Shown piece by piece: positions 41,702 through 58,576 of a stretch of 64,000 nt of DNA. Below the pieces are notes generated by a model that worked only from the letters and a program-made list of their open reading frames with translations, was not told the origin of the DNA and made no database searches. Numbering within the stretch: the first letter of the stretch is position 1; the number at the start of each line of letters is the position of its first letter. This stretch comes from the human T2T-CHM13v2.0 reference genome, Homo sapiens. The position numbers and the translations under genes were made by a program. Location of the stretch: the NCBI RefSeq assembly GCF_009914755.1, contig NC_060934.1; one strand, written 5' to 3'.

Positions 41702-44057
41702 GGATGTGCTTTGGATGCGTGTCCCCTCCAAATCTTATGTTGAAATGTGGTCATCAATTTGGAGGTGGGAATAGTGGGAGGTTTGGAATCATGGGGGTGG
41801 ATCCCCCATGAATGGCTTAGTGCCATCCTCTTGATGATGAGTGAGTTCTTGCTCAGTTAGTTCACACAATATCTGTTTGTTTAAAAGAACATGGTACCTC
41901 CCCACTTACTCTCTTGCTCCTGCTCTTGCCATGTGATACCCCAGTCCCACCTTTGCCTTCCACCGTGATTGTAAGCTTCTGGACATAAGCAGATGCTGGC
42001 ACTATGCTTTATGTATAGCCTACAGAACCATGAGCCAATTAAACCTCTTTTCTTTATGAATTACCCAGCCTTAGATATTTCTTCATAGCAACACAAGAAT
42101 GAACTAACACAAAAAAAAATTAGTAAAAAGGAGCAGGGCATTGCTATAAAGATACTTCAAAATGTGGAAGTGATTTTGGAGCTGGGAAATGAGCAATGTT
42201 GGGAGAGTTGTGGGGCTCAGAAGAATACAGGAAGATGAGGGAAAGTTTGAAACTTCTTAGAGACTTGTTAAATGGTTGTGACCAAAATGATGATAGAGAT
42301 ATGGACAGTGAAATCCAGGCTGATGAAGTCTCAGATAGAAATGACAAAGTTATTGGGAACTGGAGTAAGGGTCACCCATGTTACACCCTACCAAAGTGCT
42401 TAGCTGCATTGTGTCCACACCCTGGGGATCTGTGGTATGTTGAACTTAAGAGTAATGACTTCAGGTATCTAGCAGAAGAAGTTTCTAAGCAGCAAAGCAT
42501 TCAAGATATGACCTGGCTGCTTCTAACAATCTACAATCAGATATGGGAGCAAATAAATGACTTAAAGTTGGAACTTATATTTCAAAGGGAAGCAAAACAT
42601 TGAAGTTTGGAAAATTTGCAGCCTAGCCTAGCCATGTGGCAGACAAAAAAAGCTTTTTCAAGAGCAGAATGTAAGTGGGCTGTGGAGCAACCACTTGCTA
42701 GAGAGATTAGCATGACTAAAAGGGAGCTGGGTGCTACTATCCAAGACAATGGGGAAAAGGCCTGAAAGGCATTTCAGAGATCTTTGAGGCAGCCCCTCCC
42801 ATCACAAGCCCAGATGTCTAAAAGGAAAGAATGGTTTCAGAACCCAGGCCTAGGGTGCCACTGCCCTGCTCAGCCTTCAGGACACTGCTCCCTGCATCCC
42901 AGCTGCTCAGGCTCCACCCTCAGCAACTAGGGCCCCAGATACAGCTTAGAACACAGCTCTGGAGGGTCCAAGCCATGAGCCTTGGCAGTTTTCAAGTGGT
43001 GTTAAATCTGCAGATGCTCAGAGTGCAAGTGTGAAGGAAGCTTGGCAGCTTCCACCTAGATTTCAGAGGATGTATAGATAAGTCTGTGTGCCCAGGCAGA
43101 AGTCTGCTGCAGGGGCAGAGCCCCCACAGAGAAACTCTACTAAGGCAATGCCAAGAAGAAATGTGGGGTTGGAACCCCCACGCAGAGTCCCCACTGGGGA
43201 ACTGCCTAGTGGATCTGTGGGAAGGGGCTCCTGCCCTCCAGATCCCAGAATGTTAGATCCACTGGAAGATCCATGATTATAAAAACTGGCAGGCACTCAT
43301 CTCCAACCCCAGAGAGCAGCATGTGGGTTGCACCCAGAGAAGCCACAGGGGCAGGGCTGCCCAAGGCCTTGGGATCCCACTCCTCACACCAGAATATGGA
43401 ACATGGAGTCAAGGATTATGTTGGATCTTTAAGATTTAATGCCTGCCCTGCTGGGTTTCAGATTTGCATGGGGCCTATTACCTCTTTCTTTTGGCCAATT
43501 TCTCTTTTTTGGAATTGAACTGTTTACCCAATTCCTGTACCTCCCTTATGTCTTGGAAGTAAATAACTTGTTTTTTATTTTACAGGCTCATAGGTAAAAG
43601 GAACTTGGCCTTGAGTCTCAGATGAGACCTTTGACTTTGAGCTTTGAGTTGATGCTAGAATGATTAATATGTTGGGGGAAGAGTAAGAAGGGATGATTGT
43701 ATTTTGCAATGTGAAACGGACATGAGGTGTAGGGGGGCCAGGAGTGGAATGATATGGTTTGGATGTGTGTCCCCTCCAAATCTCATATTGAAATGTCATC
43801 CCCAATTTGGAAATGGGGCTTAGTGGGAGGTATTAGATCATGGGGATGAATCTCTCATGAATGGTTTAGTGCCACCCCCTTGGTGATGAGTGAGTACTTG
43901 CTCGGTTAGTTCACACAAGATCTGATTGTAAAGAGCACGGCCCCTCCCCACTTGCCTTTTACTCCTGCTCTCACTCTGTGATACACCAGCTCCTCCTTTG
44001 CCTTCCCCGATGATTCTAAGCTCCCTGAGGCCTCACCAGAAGCAGATGCCAGCACTA

Positions 44058-44058
<1 letters not shown>
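41702..44058 (+). mobile_element. Near full-length MST MaLR: LTR 41702-42111, internal 42112-43749, truncated 3' LTR 43750-44058
   Basis: two similar LTRs flanking MaLR internal sequence (ORF 42196-42603). Confidence 0.9.
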
Positions 44059-44685
<627 letters not shown>

Positions 44686-45535
44686 AGATGTACCATTTTT
44701 TAATAATGAGAGTGTTTTAAACCTACTCTTAGCAATTTTGAAATATACAATGCATTACTATTAATGCTAAGCAATAAATCTCAGAAACTTATTCCTCCTG
44801 TGTAACTGAAGCTTTGTACCCACTAATCAATATCTCCCTATTCACCACACCCCAATCTCAGTCCCTGATAACTACTATTATCCTCTACTTACGTAGTTTG
44901 ACTTTTTAAAATTCCACATATTAAGTGAGGTCATGCAGTGTTTGTCTTTCTATGCCTGGCTTCTTTCACTTAGCATGTCTTCCATGTTGTCACAAATGAC
45001 AGAATTTCCTTTTTCATTGTGCAGGTATAACACATTTTCTTTATCCATTAATTCATTGACGGACACAGGTTGATTCCATATTTCGGCTATTGAGAATAAT
45101 GCTGCAATGAAATGGAAGTGCAAATATCTCTTCTTCAGCATAATGATTTTGATACCTTTGCATATATTCCCAGAAGTGAGATTGATAGATCATATAGTAA
45201 TTCTATTTTTAGTTTTTCAAGGCACCTCCATATTATTCTCCATAGTGGCTATACCTATTTACGTTCCCTCCACAGTGTTCAAGTTTTCCCTTTTCTCCAA
45301 ATCTTTGACAGCTCTTGTTTAATTTATAAGAGACATTCTAACAGATGTGAGGTGATATCTCATTGTGATGTTGATTTGCATTTCTCTAATGATTGAGGAT
45401 GTTCAACATTTTTTCATAAATCTGTTGGCCATTTGTATGTCTTCTTTTGATAACTATTCAAATCCTTTGCCCATTTTCAATTGGATCATTTGCTTTCTTG
45501 ATATTGAGTTATTTGAGTTTGTGAATATTCTTAAA
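44686..45535 (-). mobile_element. L1MA-type 3' region
   Basis: ctactcttagcaattttgaaatatacaa...gttggccatttgtatgtcttct. Confidence 0.85.
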
Positions 45536-45993
45536 AGCTCCTGTTTTAAAACCAAAGTTATCCCATACATTTTCTAGTGTTGCCTTAACCTGGGATACAG
45601 ACACAGGCAAGGTGGATAACAGTGTAGGAATGAGCTGCCTTTGATGCATGTTGTGAGCATGCTGAAAGGATTTGGGCCTCAGGAAGGATCAGCATGGAGC
45701 TAGAAGCCACGAATATAGTTGTTAGGGCTGTTCTCCTGTTTCCAAGGACCACAGGCCAGCCCCTTAGCACAAGGAGGAGAGCTCCTATAGAAGGCATTCT
45801 TCCAAGCTCATCTGTTCTCCTTCAGTTGGATAAGGATGTAGGCAGAGGTGTCACTTTGTGACTTTACCAGTCCCTGTCTTATGTGCAAAAGGGAGAACCA
45901 TGTTGATCCTTTTTTTTTTTCTATTTTTAAAGCATATTTAAGCTATTCCACCGCTGTTTTTAAAATACTTATTCTGTTAAACAATTCTTTCAG

Positions 45994-46102
45994 AAAAAAT
46001 TTGAATATTCCCCTTCTAAAGTGCACTTGATTGGCCACAGCTTGGGAGCACACCTGGCTGGGGAAGCTGGGTCAAGGATACCAGGCCTTGGAAGAATAAC
46101 TG
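45994..46102 (+). CDS. PNLIPRP3: PNLIPRP3 coding exon 5 with nucleophile elbow [11 protein letters not shown] (Ser168 codon 46039-46041)
   Basis: acceptor ttctttcag, 109 nt, donor G|GTAAGC; GxSxG motif. Confidence 0.97.
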
Positions 46103-46416
46103 GTAAGCATGCCCTGCAGTTGGGCCTTGAGTGTGTTTAAATATTGTTTACACACACTACCAAGTATCTGAACACCAAGTAATACTGCAGAAGAAAATAT
46201 AAGATACTACAAAATGTGATTCCAATGAAATAAAACGTGAACGTGTTTTCAGAGCAGAAATGTGCAGATTCGCTTCAAGGGGGTTCATTGCAGCGTTGTC
46301 TGTGGTGACAAAGTAAGAGAAACTATGTGTTCCCTCACCCGCAATTGAATGGTTGAAGCAATTATAACACATTCCATCCTTTGGGATTTCATACCAGTAA
46401 TGCAAAGAATGAGGTT

Positions 46417-46765
46417 TACCTAGACGTAGGAGTAGAATGGTGGTTATGAGAGGCTGGGAAGGGAAGAAGAGAGGGGAGGCTAAAGAGAAGTTGGTTAACA
46501 GGTACAAAAATCCATAGCTAGAAGGAGTACATTCTAGTACATGATACAGAAATTACAGTTAACAATAATTTGTTACATGTTTCAAAATAGCTAGAAGAGA
46601 AGGACTGTAATGTTCCCAACACGAAGAAAAGATGAATGATTATGGCGATGGATGTCCCAATTACCCTGATTTGATCATTACACATTGTATACATGTCTCA
46701 AAATACCACATGTGCCCCCAAAATATGGACAACTATTATATATCAATTTTTAAAAGTTATTTTTA
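46417..46765 (+). mobile_element. L1MA 3' end
   Basis: gagtagaatggtggtta..agaggctggg...ccctgatttgatcattacacattgtatac. Confidence 0.85.
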
Positions 46766-49700
46766 AAAAGAATGAGTTTGAATCCCACTGATTGTCCTGG
46801 ACGTTCCTGACACACTTGGACTGCAGCTTACTCAGTTGTTACCATTTTTAATATTATCCCTGGATATACCGTTAAGTCTAAAAATAAGTTGCGGAGCAAA
46901 GTATATAGCATGAATTGGGTTTGGGGGTATAATAATTAATCATGTCTCCTCCCCACATTCTGTTTTCCAAACCAATTGTGTGAGATGGATGAAGGTCAAA
47001 GCAACAGCTCCTTTACCAACAGGCGGGGCTGGCCTCTCCCTCTGCATCCCCCCACCAACAGCCAGTAAGCAAGCCCCACGTCTCCTTCATCTGCCTTTTC
47101 CCTGTCCATCCTCTGGTCATTGTCCTGGCTCAGTCCCTCATCTCTTGCCTGCATTTTGGCCTTGGTCCCCGCTGGTGCCCCAGCCTAGTCTTCTACAAAT
47201 ACTGCCAGGCTTATCTTTCCAGGTGCAGGCCATGCCACTCCACTGCTCCAAATCTCTCAGGGTGTCTCCTTGTGTGAAGCCTCTTAGCTTGTCACGTAAA
47301 CTTGTCATGTTTCATCACAGTTTTTCATGCTCTGTGCCTTTGCACGTGCTGTTGTCCCTCTTGCTGAGCATTCACTGTCCATTTGTCAAGATTCATCTCA
47401 AATGTTTCCTCCTCAGGCAGGAATTAATTCTCTGTGCTTCTCATACCCTTTGACATGTGCCTCTTTTGTGTTTGAAAACACAAATATTATATCACATGGT
47501 CTTATAATTATGGATGAGCCTGTTATTTTTAACAGAAAGCCTCCTTACTGCATTGACTCCAGGCTTGGCCACAGAAGCGTATTTTCTCTTTGTTAAACTG
47601 CTGTGCTCTGTGTGCATGTGTGAGTACGTGCTCGCTCTCTCTCTCACACACACACACATACATGCACACTTTAAATTCAAATCTCAATTTAGAACACAGT
47701 TTTTAAAAAAATACCTAGAAGTCCAAATTGGGATTATTTTGTCTCTGCAATCTGTTGATATAACAGGCTTATTCCTGCTATAAGTCATCTCTCTTCTCCT
47801 AACTCTCTGCTCCTAAATCCTCCTCACTCACCTCCACCACCACCACCACCATTCTTATTTAGAATAATAAAAACTGAACTTTTTCACTGAAGTCATTATG
47901 TGACCCTTTGTGGTCAATTTTCAAGCCCAGAAAAAAGAAGGAATGAGTTCCTCTTTTGAAGATGGAACCTCATGGGGCCTCACAGCCTCAGGCAGGCTGA
48001 GTGAAGCAGAACACATAACTGCATTTACAATTCATACTGGGTTATGATCAATTCAAAGAGATTTTGTTTTTATTAAGTTTTTTCAAAAATCAGATACTAT
48101 TTAACTCTAGTTTTTCCCATCAGGTGAATTATCCTGCTGGGTAAATAGAAAACAGATTTTTAAAGGTTTTCTGAATGTCCAAAGAATTAATATTATGTGG
48201 ATGTTTTAATCTATATTCCTCTGAGAAATTAGTTTTTGGGCAATCATGTTCCTTGAGTAATAGAAGAACTGAGACCTCACAAACAGATTTTAGCTGTATA
48301 ATTAACCACTTAAAAACAAAATTAATATGATAAACATATTAAGGACATACATAAGTTTTTATGTCTTTGGTATTTATGTATAAGTGGTAAGTAGTTGTCA
48401 TAATAAATATAGTTAGGGGGTTACTCAGCTGATTCTGCTTTTATTTATTTTTATTTATAAACAGTATCAACGCTTTTCTTATTTGAGGAAAAATTACTCT
48501 CATTTTGCTGACACACACGTACCAAAATACACATACATACTACACACTCAGATCCTAAACGATTAGTTCTCACTCATGTAGTAAGAGGTCATGTCTGTCT
48601 CCCTAAGGTTAATTAATAGGTTGAACCTAATAATTCTCTTCCCTTCTGTAGACTTTTCTCCTGAGATATCCTAGAACAACAAATTCAATGTTCCCTCTTC
48701 CTTACGTCTTGGAAAGACTGTCTTTTTTTTTTTTTTTAATCTGATTGCCTTGTCCTCCAATCAATAAGATCTGAGGTATACCTATCTTGGGATGTTTCTC
48801 TCCAGGAATCCTGACTTTATTAGAAAGTTGTGTGTAATCACACTAGTAAAATAAAAATTCTTCCAAGAGTTGAAGATTAATTGTGAGATAAATACTTTTT
48901 CCTCTTTGTTAAGCGCGAATGGTTCATTCATATGCATGTTGCATTACTTCATTGATCTCTTTGTCTAAGTGTCTTTCCATCTGTGCTCTGAGTTCCCCCG
49001 CTTTGTGGACTTAAGTCATTTGTTCACTTTTTTTCAGGTCTTGTCAATAGAAGCGCTGTGCTGAAACGAACCCCTTCCCTCCTGGCCTCTCATTTCCTTC
49101 TAAATGATGCCCTAGCCTATTGCATTCCTCTAGATCCAAGCTCCACAAAGTTGAAAGTGGAGTGATTGCATTTCCTTAGGGTTCATTCTCTCCTTGACCC
49201 ACTGCTACCTAGCTTCTTTCCCCAAAACCACTATTGCCAGATCACTAGTGGCTTTTTGTGGAACTCTATCAGACATTTTGACTCTGTGTTTTACTTGACC
49301 CCTCTGCAGAATTTGTCCCAGTGGACCCCTCCCGCCTTGCTGAAGTGCTCCCTTCTCTTAGCTTCTATGATTCCGCATCTTCTTGGTTGTCTTTGTTTTT
49401 TTGACTCCCTCTCTCCAGGCTACTTCATGAATTTCTTTTCTTTTGCCTTTGCCTATCTGTTCATATTCTTCAAGTTTCCATTCTAGGCCCACTCTTCTCT
49501 CCTGTTGCTTTTCTATAATCACTCTTTTAGTGATTATATTAGTCAGAAAAATAAAAAAAAAAAAAAACACATCCTATGACAAGCTAAGTGTGCTGAGCAC
49601 ACACCCCAGACTGTGACACAGACATTCCTTCCTTGCTGATGCCACATTCCCAGAGGTGTCAATGGCAATGCTACTCTGCATCCTTCCCACTCCGGGATCC

Positions 49701-49910
49701 AGCCTCTATATCACAGCAAAGGGATTTTGCTAAAATATAAATCTGATCATAAATCTCCCCTGCTTGCAAGCTTACAACAGCTTCCCATTGATGACCACAT
49801 CATGTCCAAACTCCTTGACATGGCTCAGCTGACATCTGGCTCCTGCTAGCAATACTACCTTCATCTTCCACCGAATCCTAGAACTCTACACACCAGCCTT
49901 AGCAAACTAG

Positions 49911-50336
<426 letters not shown>

Positions 50337-51236
50337 ATGTTTCTTATCTCTTGCAGAAGCATGTCCTAGTTCCGCAAGACTGGGTTATATGTGGCTTCTC
50401 TGTGCTTGGATAACACTTATGATCACCACTGCCTCTGCACGGAGGACACTGACTGGGGTGCCTTTCCCATCAAATGGAAAATCCCTTGAAGACAAAGCAA
50501 GGTCTTATTCCTCATATCTGAATGCTAAACCTAGTTCCTGGCACATACTAGGTGCTTGACAAATAATTGTCAAATACAGAAATGATTGAATATGTGAAAG
50601 ATCATAACATTTTAAAGAATTCCAGCTATCTTGCCCTTATTTTACGAAACATTTGAACATGACGCAATGGGATGAGAGTCTGGACACCTGGCCTCTTAGT
50701 CCAGTTTGCCTCTAACACATGATAACCTTGTCCAGTCACTTCACTTCCCTGGGCTTCGGGCTTTTCATTTGTATTACTATTAATGAAAGTAGAACTAAGT
50801 GAGCCATAGCTCAGGACAAGGATTCTGTTATTTTAATTGTGTTGCTTTGTAGATTCATCTTTACACATCAAAGAGTGGTTGTGTTTTTAATTTAATTTAA
50901 TTTTTTGCCTACAAATGTTGCTTTTCAAGAACCTTTGTAATTCATAACCTTATTGTATATATGGTATTCCATATACAGACCCTAGAATAGCCACTGTGAT
51001 TTTTTTAATTTGTTAGCTGTTTTGGCATTGTCTCAACATAGCATTACTTATCTGTAGATACTTGACATTGCAATATATAGAGACCCTACATTTATAGATT
51101 TAGGTTATGTATCTGTACTTTTTCCTGAGTGATCTTTGATTGATAGAAATAATGTAGGAAAGGACACATGCTTCCAAAGTAACAACAATATTAATGTGCA
51201 CTTCCATAGAACATGTCTTGGTTGTGCTTTCTCTAG

Positions 51237-51356
51237 GGTTGGACCCAGCTGGGCCATTTTTCCACAACACTCCAAAGGAAGTCAGGCTAGACCCCTCGGA
51301 TGCCAACTTTGTTGACGTTATTCATACAAATGCAGCTCGCATCCTCTTTGAGCTTG
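51237..51356 (+). CDS. PNLIPRP3: PNLIPRP3 coding exon 6 (G)LDPAGPFF...[11 protein letters not shown] (Asp191 codon 51242-51244)
   Basis: acceptor ctttctctag, 120 nt, donor G|GTAAGT; GLDPA and DA.FVDVIHT lipase motifs. Confidence 0.97.
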
Positions 51357-51438
51357 GTAAGTTTTAACAGAATCAGAAACTTCATTGAAGCATAGAGGAG
51401 ATTTTTAGAGGCATTTACCCTGTTTTTATTTATTTCAG

Positions 51439-51561
51439 GTGTTGGAACCATTGATGCTTGTGGTCATCTTGACTTTTACCCAAATGGAGGGAAGCACATG
51501 CCAGGATGTGAAGACTTAATTACACCTTTACTGAAATTTAACTTCAATGCTTACAAAAAAG
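51439..51561 (+). CDS. PNLIPRP3: PNLIPRP3 coding exon 7 (G)VGTIDACGHLDFYPNGGKHMPGC...AYKK
   Basis: 82-bp intron 6, acceptor tatttcag, 123 nt, donor G|GTAAAT; GHLDFYPNGG motif. Confidence 0.97.
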
Positions 51562-54125
51562 GTAAATACTTTCTAAACTATGAATGCTACTGATGCATAT
51601 TCACTTAGCTCTCTCCTTAGATGGGATCCACCTACTTTTGTGTATAATATACATATAAAATGTATTTTCTCTCAAAACACAGTTGCATATAAGAAGCTCT
51701 CCCACCTGTTCTCAGATCCACAAGATCGGGTACCGTGTCTTCATTAACTTTGTATCCCTGGTGCCTTATCAATCTCTAGCATATTGCAGTCACTCAATAT
51801 AAACAAGGAAGGTGTGTTATTCACTCAGCAAATATGTATTGAGTGTTTACTATGTGCTAGGCATTATTCTAGGAACAGCAAATATGGAAATGAATACAAA
51901 AGACAAAGGTGCCTCCCTGATGGAGTTCATTTTCTAACTTGTTAGGAAACCAATAAATAGTGTAAGAGCTAAGGGGACAAAATAAAGCATTGAAGGGGAA
52001 TATGATGTGTTGGTTACAGTGAAGGTAAAGTAGAAGAAGAAAATTGTTGACAGGATGGTAAGGGAGTCTTTACTGAAAAGATGACCTAAAGGAGTTAGCC
52101 TTATAGACACCAAGGGGAGAGGCATTCCAGGCCAACAGGGGGAAGCAAGTGTAAGGGCTGAAAACAGGAGTCAGCCTGGCAGGTTCACGACAGTGAGGAG
52201 CCTGTTGTGGCTGAAACTAGGTAAAAGGAAAGAAGTAGGGCATAAGGTTGGAGAGGGAACCAGGCAGAGGGCAATAACACAGGACTTTGTGGATGGTAGA
52301 AAAGACTTAAGCTTTCACTCAAATGAGATAGGAGCCATGAGTGGATTTTGAGCAGAGAAGAGACGTGGTTTGAGTTACTTGTAACAAGAATCACTCTGGA
52401 TGCTGTAATTACAAATTAAACAAGTAGTATTTAACTTTTTATAGTAGTTTCCAATAATAATAGTTACAATATCTATATGGCATCAAGTTAAAAGGCACCG
52501 AAAGGTTATTATTTGGGAAATTTGTTCTTCCCTATCTCTACATTTCATCATATAATTAATGAAATACATTACCCATAATATATAATAATAATAATATATA
52601 TATATATGATGATATGATAATGGATACCTGGATGATTCTGAATATCTCATAGCCCAATCCCCTGTAGTCAAGATATCAAGGAGTTGAAATTACTTGCTCT
52701 TTCATTTGGCTGTTGTAGAGGAAAGATACAGAGATCATAGTATTGAGTGTAACTCAGGTATCTACTTCACTAGAAATAAATTACAAAGGTTTAATATTTG
52801 CTCTGAAAGAGAAAATGTGATCAGAAGTATATATTTGTAATGACTATATTTTAAAAACCCACACAACTGTCTAATCTACAGGTGCAACAAATAAGAATTA
52901 AGGCCAATTTCACCTAGTTCAGATAAGCAAAATTCATACAAAAGAGGCATATTATAAAATTGATTTTCCCCATTATTTTCTATATTACGACTATGAATCC
53001 TTTCTATTAGGACAAAATATAGATCAGAAGACTTCATTACATAATTAATTGTTATACACAGATCATATGAAATTTTATGAAAGATTAATTCAACTAAAAT
53101 ATACATTTATCATAAGCTATCATTTTGAGACATTTTAAGATTTCCTATAACTTTATTGGATTAAAAGAACATTTATCATTCATGTTAAACCTTTGGATGA
53201 GTTTTAAGACTTCAAGATGTTCTATTTTACTTAAATTTATTACTAACAAACCATTACTTTTAAAATTAATAGTTTGCTATATTCTAATGAACCGTCTTGT
53301 CTAAATCACAATTAATTGTGAATATAAATCTATAGATATACAGAGACCTAATGTAAGAGAAGTCTTTGTTTAATAAAAATGGATGATGCCAATTATTAAT
53401 CTGTGCTGACGATATTACATTATTTCTGAAACTATTCTGTCTCAGTTCTCTATTGTGTAACAAACCACAGTGAACAATTACAAGAAAAATTATGTTATTG
53501 CCCAGCGTTCTGAGGGTCAGAATTCAGGCAGAGTTCTCCTGAGATTCTGCTTCGTGTGGTGTTGGCTGGAGCAACTCAGGTGACTGCATCCAATTGGGGG
53601 CTGAGCTGGGCTAAGCTGGATGAGGAGGTCTGAGATGACCCTCCGTGTCAGGAACCCTGGGACTTGTTCTCCTCTGTCAGGTGGTCTGTCATCCTTCAGG
53701 ACCTCTCTCCCCAGACAGGTAGCCTGGATTTCATAATATTGCAACTGGGTTTCAAGACAGTAAGAGTGGATGCTGGAAGGTCTTTTAAGGCCTTAGAACT
53801 TAACCAATGTCAGTTTCTCCACAGAACTGATCTTGGTTCTTTGCTACTGGGCAAAGCAAGTTACAAGATCAGCCTGTAATGGGGCAGGGGTATTTTTAAC
53901 ATGGCCTCCATGTTGAGAGAAGGAATGGTTACATAATACTGCAAATGGGTGAGGACCCAGGAAGGAGTCATTTGTTGGAAGCAATTATTACATAATAATT
54001 ATACTGCATATGCTAAAACCAAAATCTAGTTTCTCAAAGATTGGCTAAGCTGTGTAGGTCATTCAAAGAATAGTCCACGCCATTCAGTAAAAATATTGTT
54101 ATGTAAAATAAAAGAAAGCATAAAT

Positions 54126-54260
54126 GGCTGGGCACAGTGGCTCACACCTGTAATCCCAGCACTTTGAGAGGCTGAGGCAGGAGGATCACTTGAGACTTGA
54201 GGCCAGGAGTTCAAGACCAGCCTGGGCACAACAAGATAGTGAGGCCTCATCTCTAAAATA
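54126..54260 (+). mobile_element. FLAM_C / Alu left monomer
   Basis: monomer with A/GAA tail. Confidence 0.85.
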
Positions 54261-54604
54261 AAAAAAGAAGAAGAAGAAGAAAGAAAAGAAAGAATAAATG
54301 ACTAGAATGTTATGAAAATTTTGGAATGTGCAGATGTATTTAGATCTTATTATTATTCCAATAATCCTAACTATTGATGGCAATAATGTCATGCTTGATA
54401 ATGACAAAACTAATTCATCTTTAGCATTCTTTATAAAACCCCCCACTTGTTACACCTTTAACCCAGCACTGGTTCACAATGCTGACTGTTTTGTGATTGA
54501 ATAGGAGGGAGTTCAGTTATTCTTGCAGAAACAGAGAGGCAGAGTCTTAACTGGTCTACAATGGAGATACTATATGCACAGGGATATTGTGTCAGAGGTC
54601 CTAG

Positions 54605-56040
<1,436 letters not shown>

Positions 56041-56319
56041 CTAGGAAGTGACTCAGTATATTTGTGTCAAAGCACAAAGTCATTCACATTTGCTTTTGCT
56101 TATTTCCACTTCTTGAATGTCCCTTTTGAGTCACATAATTCTTTGGTACAAATAAAATTATATGTAACTTTGATAAATGTACAATATCCAAGCCTAGACA
56201 AAAGGTCTGGCCCTCCCAACTCAAGAAGACTGCCACTTACAGTTACTGTTTCTAAGATATGGTTTATGCTACCAGTTATCAGTTAATTGCTATCAGTTAA
56301 TTGGGAATTGTTTTCACAG

Positions 56320-56438
56320 AAATGGCTTCCTTCTTTGACTGTAACCATGCCCGAAGTTATCAATTTTATGCTGAAAGCATTCTTAATCCTGATGCATTTA
56401 TTGCTTATCCTTGTAGATCCTACACATCTTTTAAAGCA
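56320..56438 (+). CDS. PNLIPRP3: PNLIPRP3 coding exon 8 (E)[12 protein letters not shown]...YTSFKA (His279 codon 56346-56348)
   Basis: acceptor ttttcacag, 119 nt, donor GCA|GTAAGT; CNH.RS catalytic His motif. Confidence 0.96.
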
Positions 56439-57517
56439 GTAAGTAAATCATCTTACTTGGAATTTAATTATAAAGTAATTTTTTGAAACACAATCATCCA
56501 GCTAAACATTAGGGCTTTGTGTAGGTAGCAAAAAAAATGCACCTGCCATTTTGGGAAATAATGGATTGTTTCTGTGCTGAGTACTGAACAGTAGCTGGGA
56601 TTGCTGGAGGGTTGAAATAACTCAACCAACTATTTGTATTCTGGTTGTTTCAGCTCCTTTGAAAATTATATACAATTTTGCTTTTTTGGCCATTTGTTAT
56701 GCAGTAATTAGATGTTACTGTGTAACAGGCATAAGTCTAGGGCAAAAATATTTCTGCATATATATTTTAAATGTCATCTTCAAAGATGCCCTAAGAAGGC
56801 TGAACCAATCAATAGCTACAACCAAACATATTACTATTTACTTGGAACATGAAAATTATTTTATTAAAATTTAATTATTTATACAGAGCAGAACTAAAGC
56901 ATAGATAGCTCACAGGAGCTCTACACAGATCAATATGTGACAAACTACCAAATCTGATTTTACTTGAGTAAAAGAAAGAAAATCTATTTTGTAGTGGGAA
57001 GTGGAAAAGATCTTCATTCTTGTGCTTTAGAGACCTAATCCCCTGTTTTATCACGGTAGAAAATGTGGGCTGTTCAGCTGAAGTTTATGGTAAGTAATAG
57101 TACTTCGTGAATAAGTGCTGTGTTGTGACATGAAGAAGCATGTCCCTTTTGCTACAGAGCTTGGCAGATGGACGGGTTTAGGCCATCCTGTCAGTTTCCT
57201 GCCATTCTTGGAAAGCTTGACAGCCAAACAGTAGCATTTTCCACATATCCTCCTTGTCCCCGACCTCTCTCTTCTTCCTGCCTCGGCTGCTACTCTGAGC
57301 ACCCACGGGATCCTGGCATTTACTTCTAGGAGAAGCAGGCCCTTGGAGTCTTTGTATATTTGGAGATAAGAGTTAATCTGCCAAATTGGAGTACCCTTAG
57401 AAGCTAGCTCATGCCACATGGATGCTACTTGTGGTTACAAACTATTAGAATGAATCAATTTCCTTGACGTACTTTATTGTACTGTACCCTAATAGTCATA
57501 CAATCAAAGTGTGTCAG

Positions 57518-57694
57518 AGCCAGCTGTGGCATGCACCTGTAGTCCCAGCTACTTGGGAGGTTGATGCAGGAGATCTCTTAAGCCCAGAAATTTGAGGCTA
57601 CAGTGTGCTATGATCATGCCTCTGAATAACAACTGCATTCCAGACTGGGTGACAAATTGAGACTCCATCTCAAAAAATAAATAAATAAATAAAT
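57518..57694 (+). mobile_element. FRAM/AluJ right monomer
   Basis: cctgtagtcccagctac...(TAAA)n. Confidence 0.8.
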
Positions 57695-58113
57695 AGGATG
57701 TTACAGTAGCCCTAGCCTAAATGTCTATGGTTTATTAAATTAAAAGTTCAAAGCCTAAAATAGCAAATACTCAAGCACTGCTACCCATGTTTTTAAAATG
57801 TTCACATTTCATTCCTTTTCCTTTAGATTTTTAAAACATACAAATAAAATTAAAGAAGCAAACGACCTTATATTCCCTTCAATCCTTCCCCTAAGGCAGA
57901 GTTGAATTTGATATGTATCAAATAAATGCTTTCATATTATGTTTCTGGATTTGCTGTTTTCATTAAATATTATAAATATAAAATTTGAAATTTACATTGA
58001 TGTAGATAGATCTAATGTATTTATTTTATAGGAATCAGGCATAATTTATTGATTAGTTCTCCTACTAATGTGAGTTTTTATTGTTTCCAGTTTTTGTTAT
58101 TAAAAGTAATGTC

Positions 58114-58422
58114 GGCCGGGCGCGGTGGCTCACGCTTGTAATCCCAGCACTTTGGGAGGCCGAGGAAGGCGGATCACTAGGTCAGGAGATCGAGACCATC
58201 CTGGTTAACATGGTGAAACCCTGTCTCTACTAAAAATACAAAAAATTAGCCGGGCGTGGTGGCGGGTGCCTGTAGTCCTAGCTACTCGGGAGGCTGAGGC
58301 AGGAGAATGGCATCAACCCGGGAGGCGGAGCTTGCAGTGAGCCAAGATCGGGCTACTGCACTCCAGCCTGGGCAACAGAGCCAGACTCTGTCTCGCAAAA
58401 AAAAAAAAAAAAAAAAAAAAAA
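58114..58422 (+). mobile_element. AluY
   Basis: CpG-rich body, TSD aaaagtaatgtc/aaaagcaacgtc. Confidence 0.95.
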
Positions 58423-58576
58423 GCAACGTCTACCAACTCTGCCATCTTTGTATGTCTCTTTATGTACTTGAGTGGAATTCCTTCATGGCATACAACAGAA
58501 GTGAAATTATCAAAGCATACATGCATTTCCTTCTTTATTAGACATTACCAAATCACTGTTTAAAATGTCTATCGAT

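Noticed and set aside
42196-42603. 135-aa ORF
   Set aside because: Remnant of the MaLR (MST) internal region, not a host gene
46980-47453. Longest ORF in the track (157 aa)
   Set aside because: GTG start, no recognisable domain, overlaps decayed L2-like intronic sequence
56277-56303. tatcagttaattg twice before the exon 8 acceptor
   Set aside because: Ordinary 14-bp slippage duplication; acceptor intact
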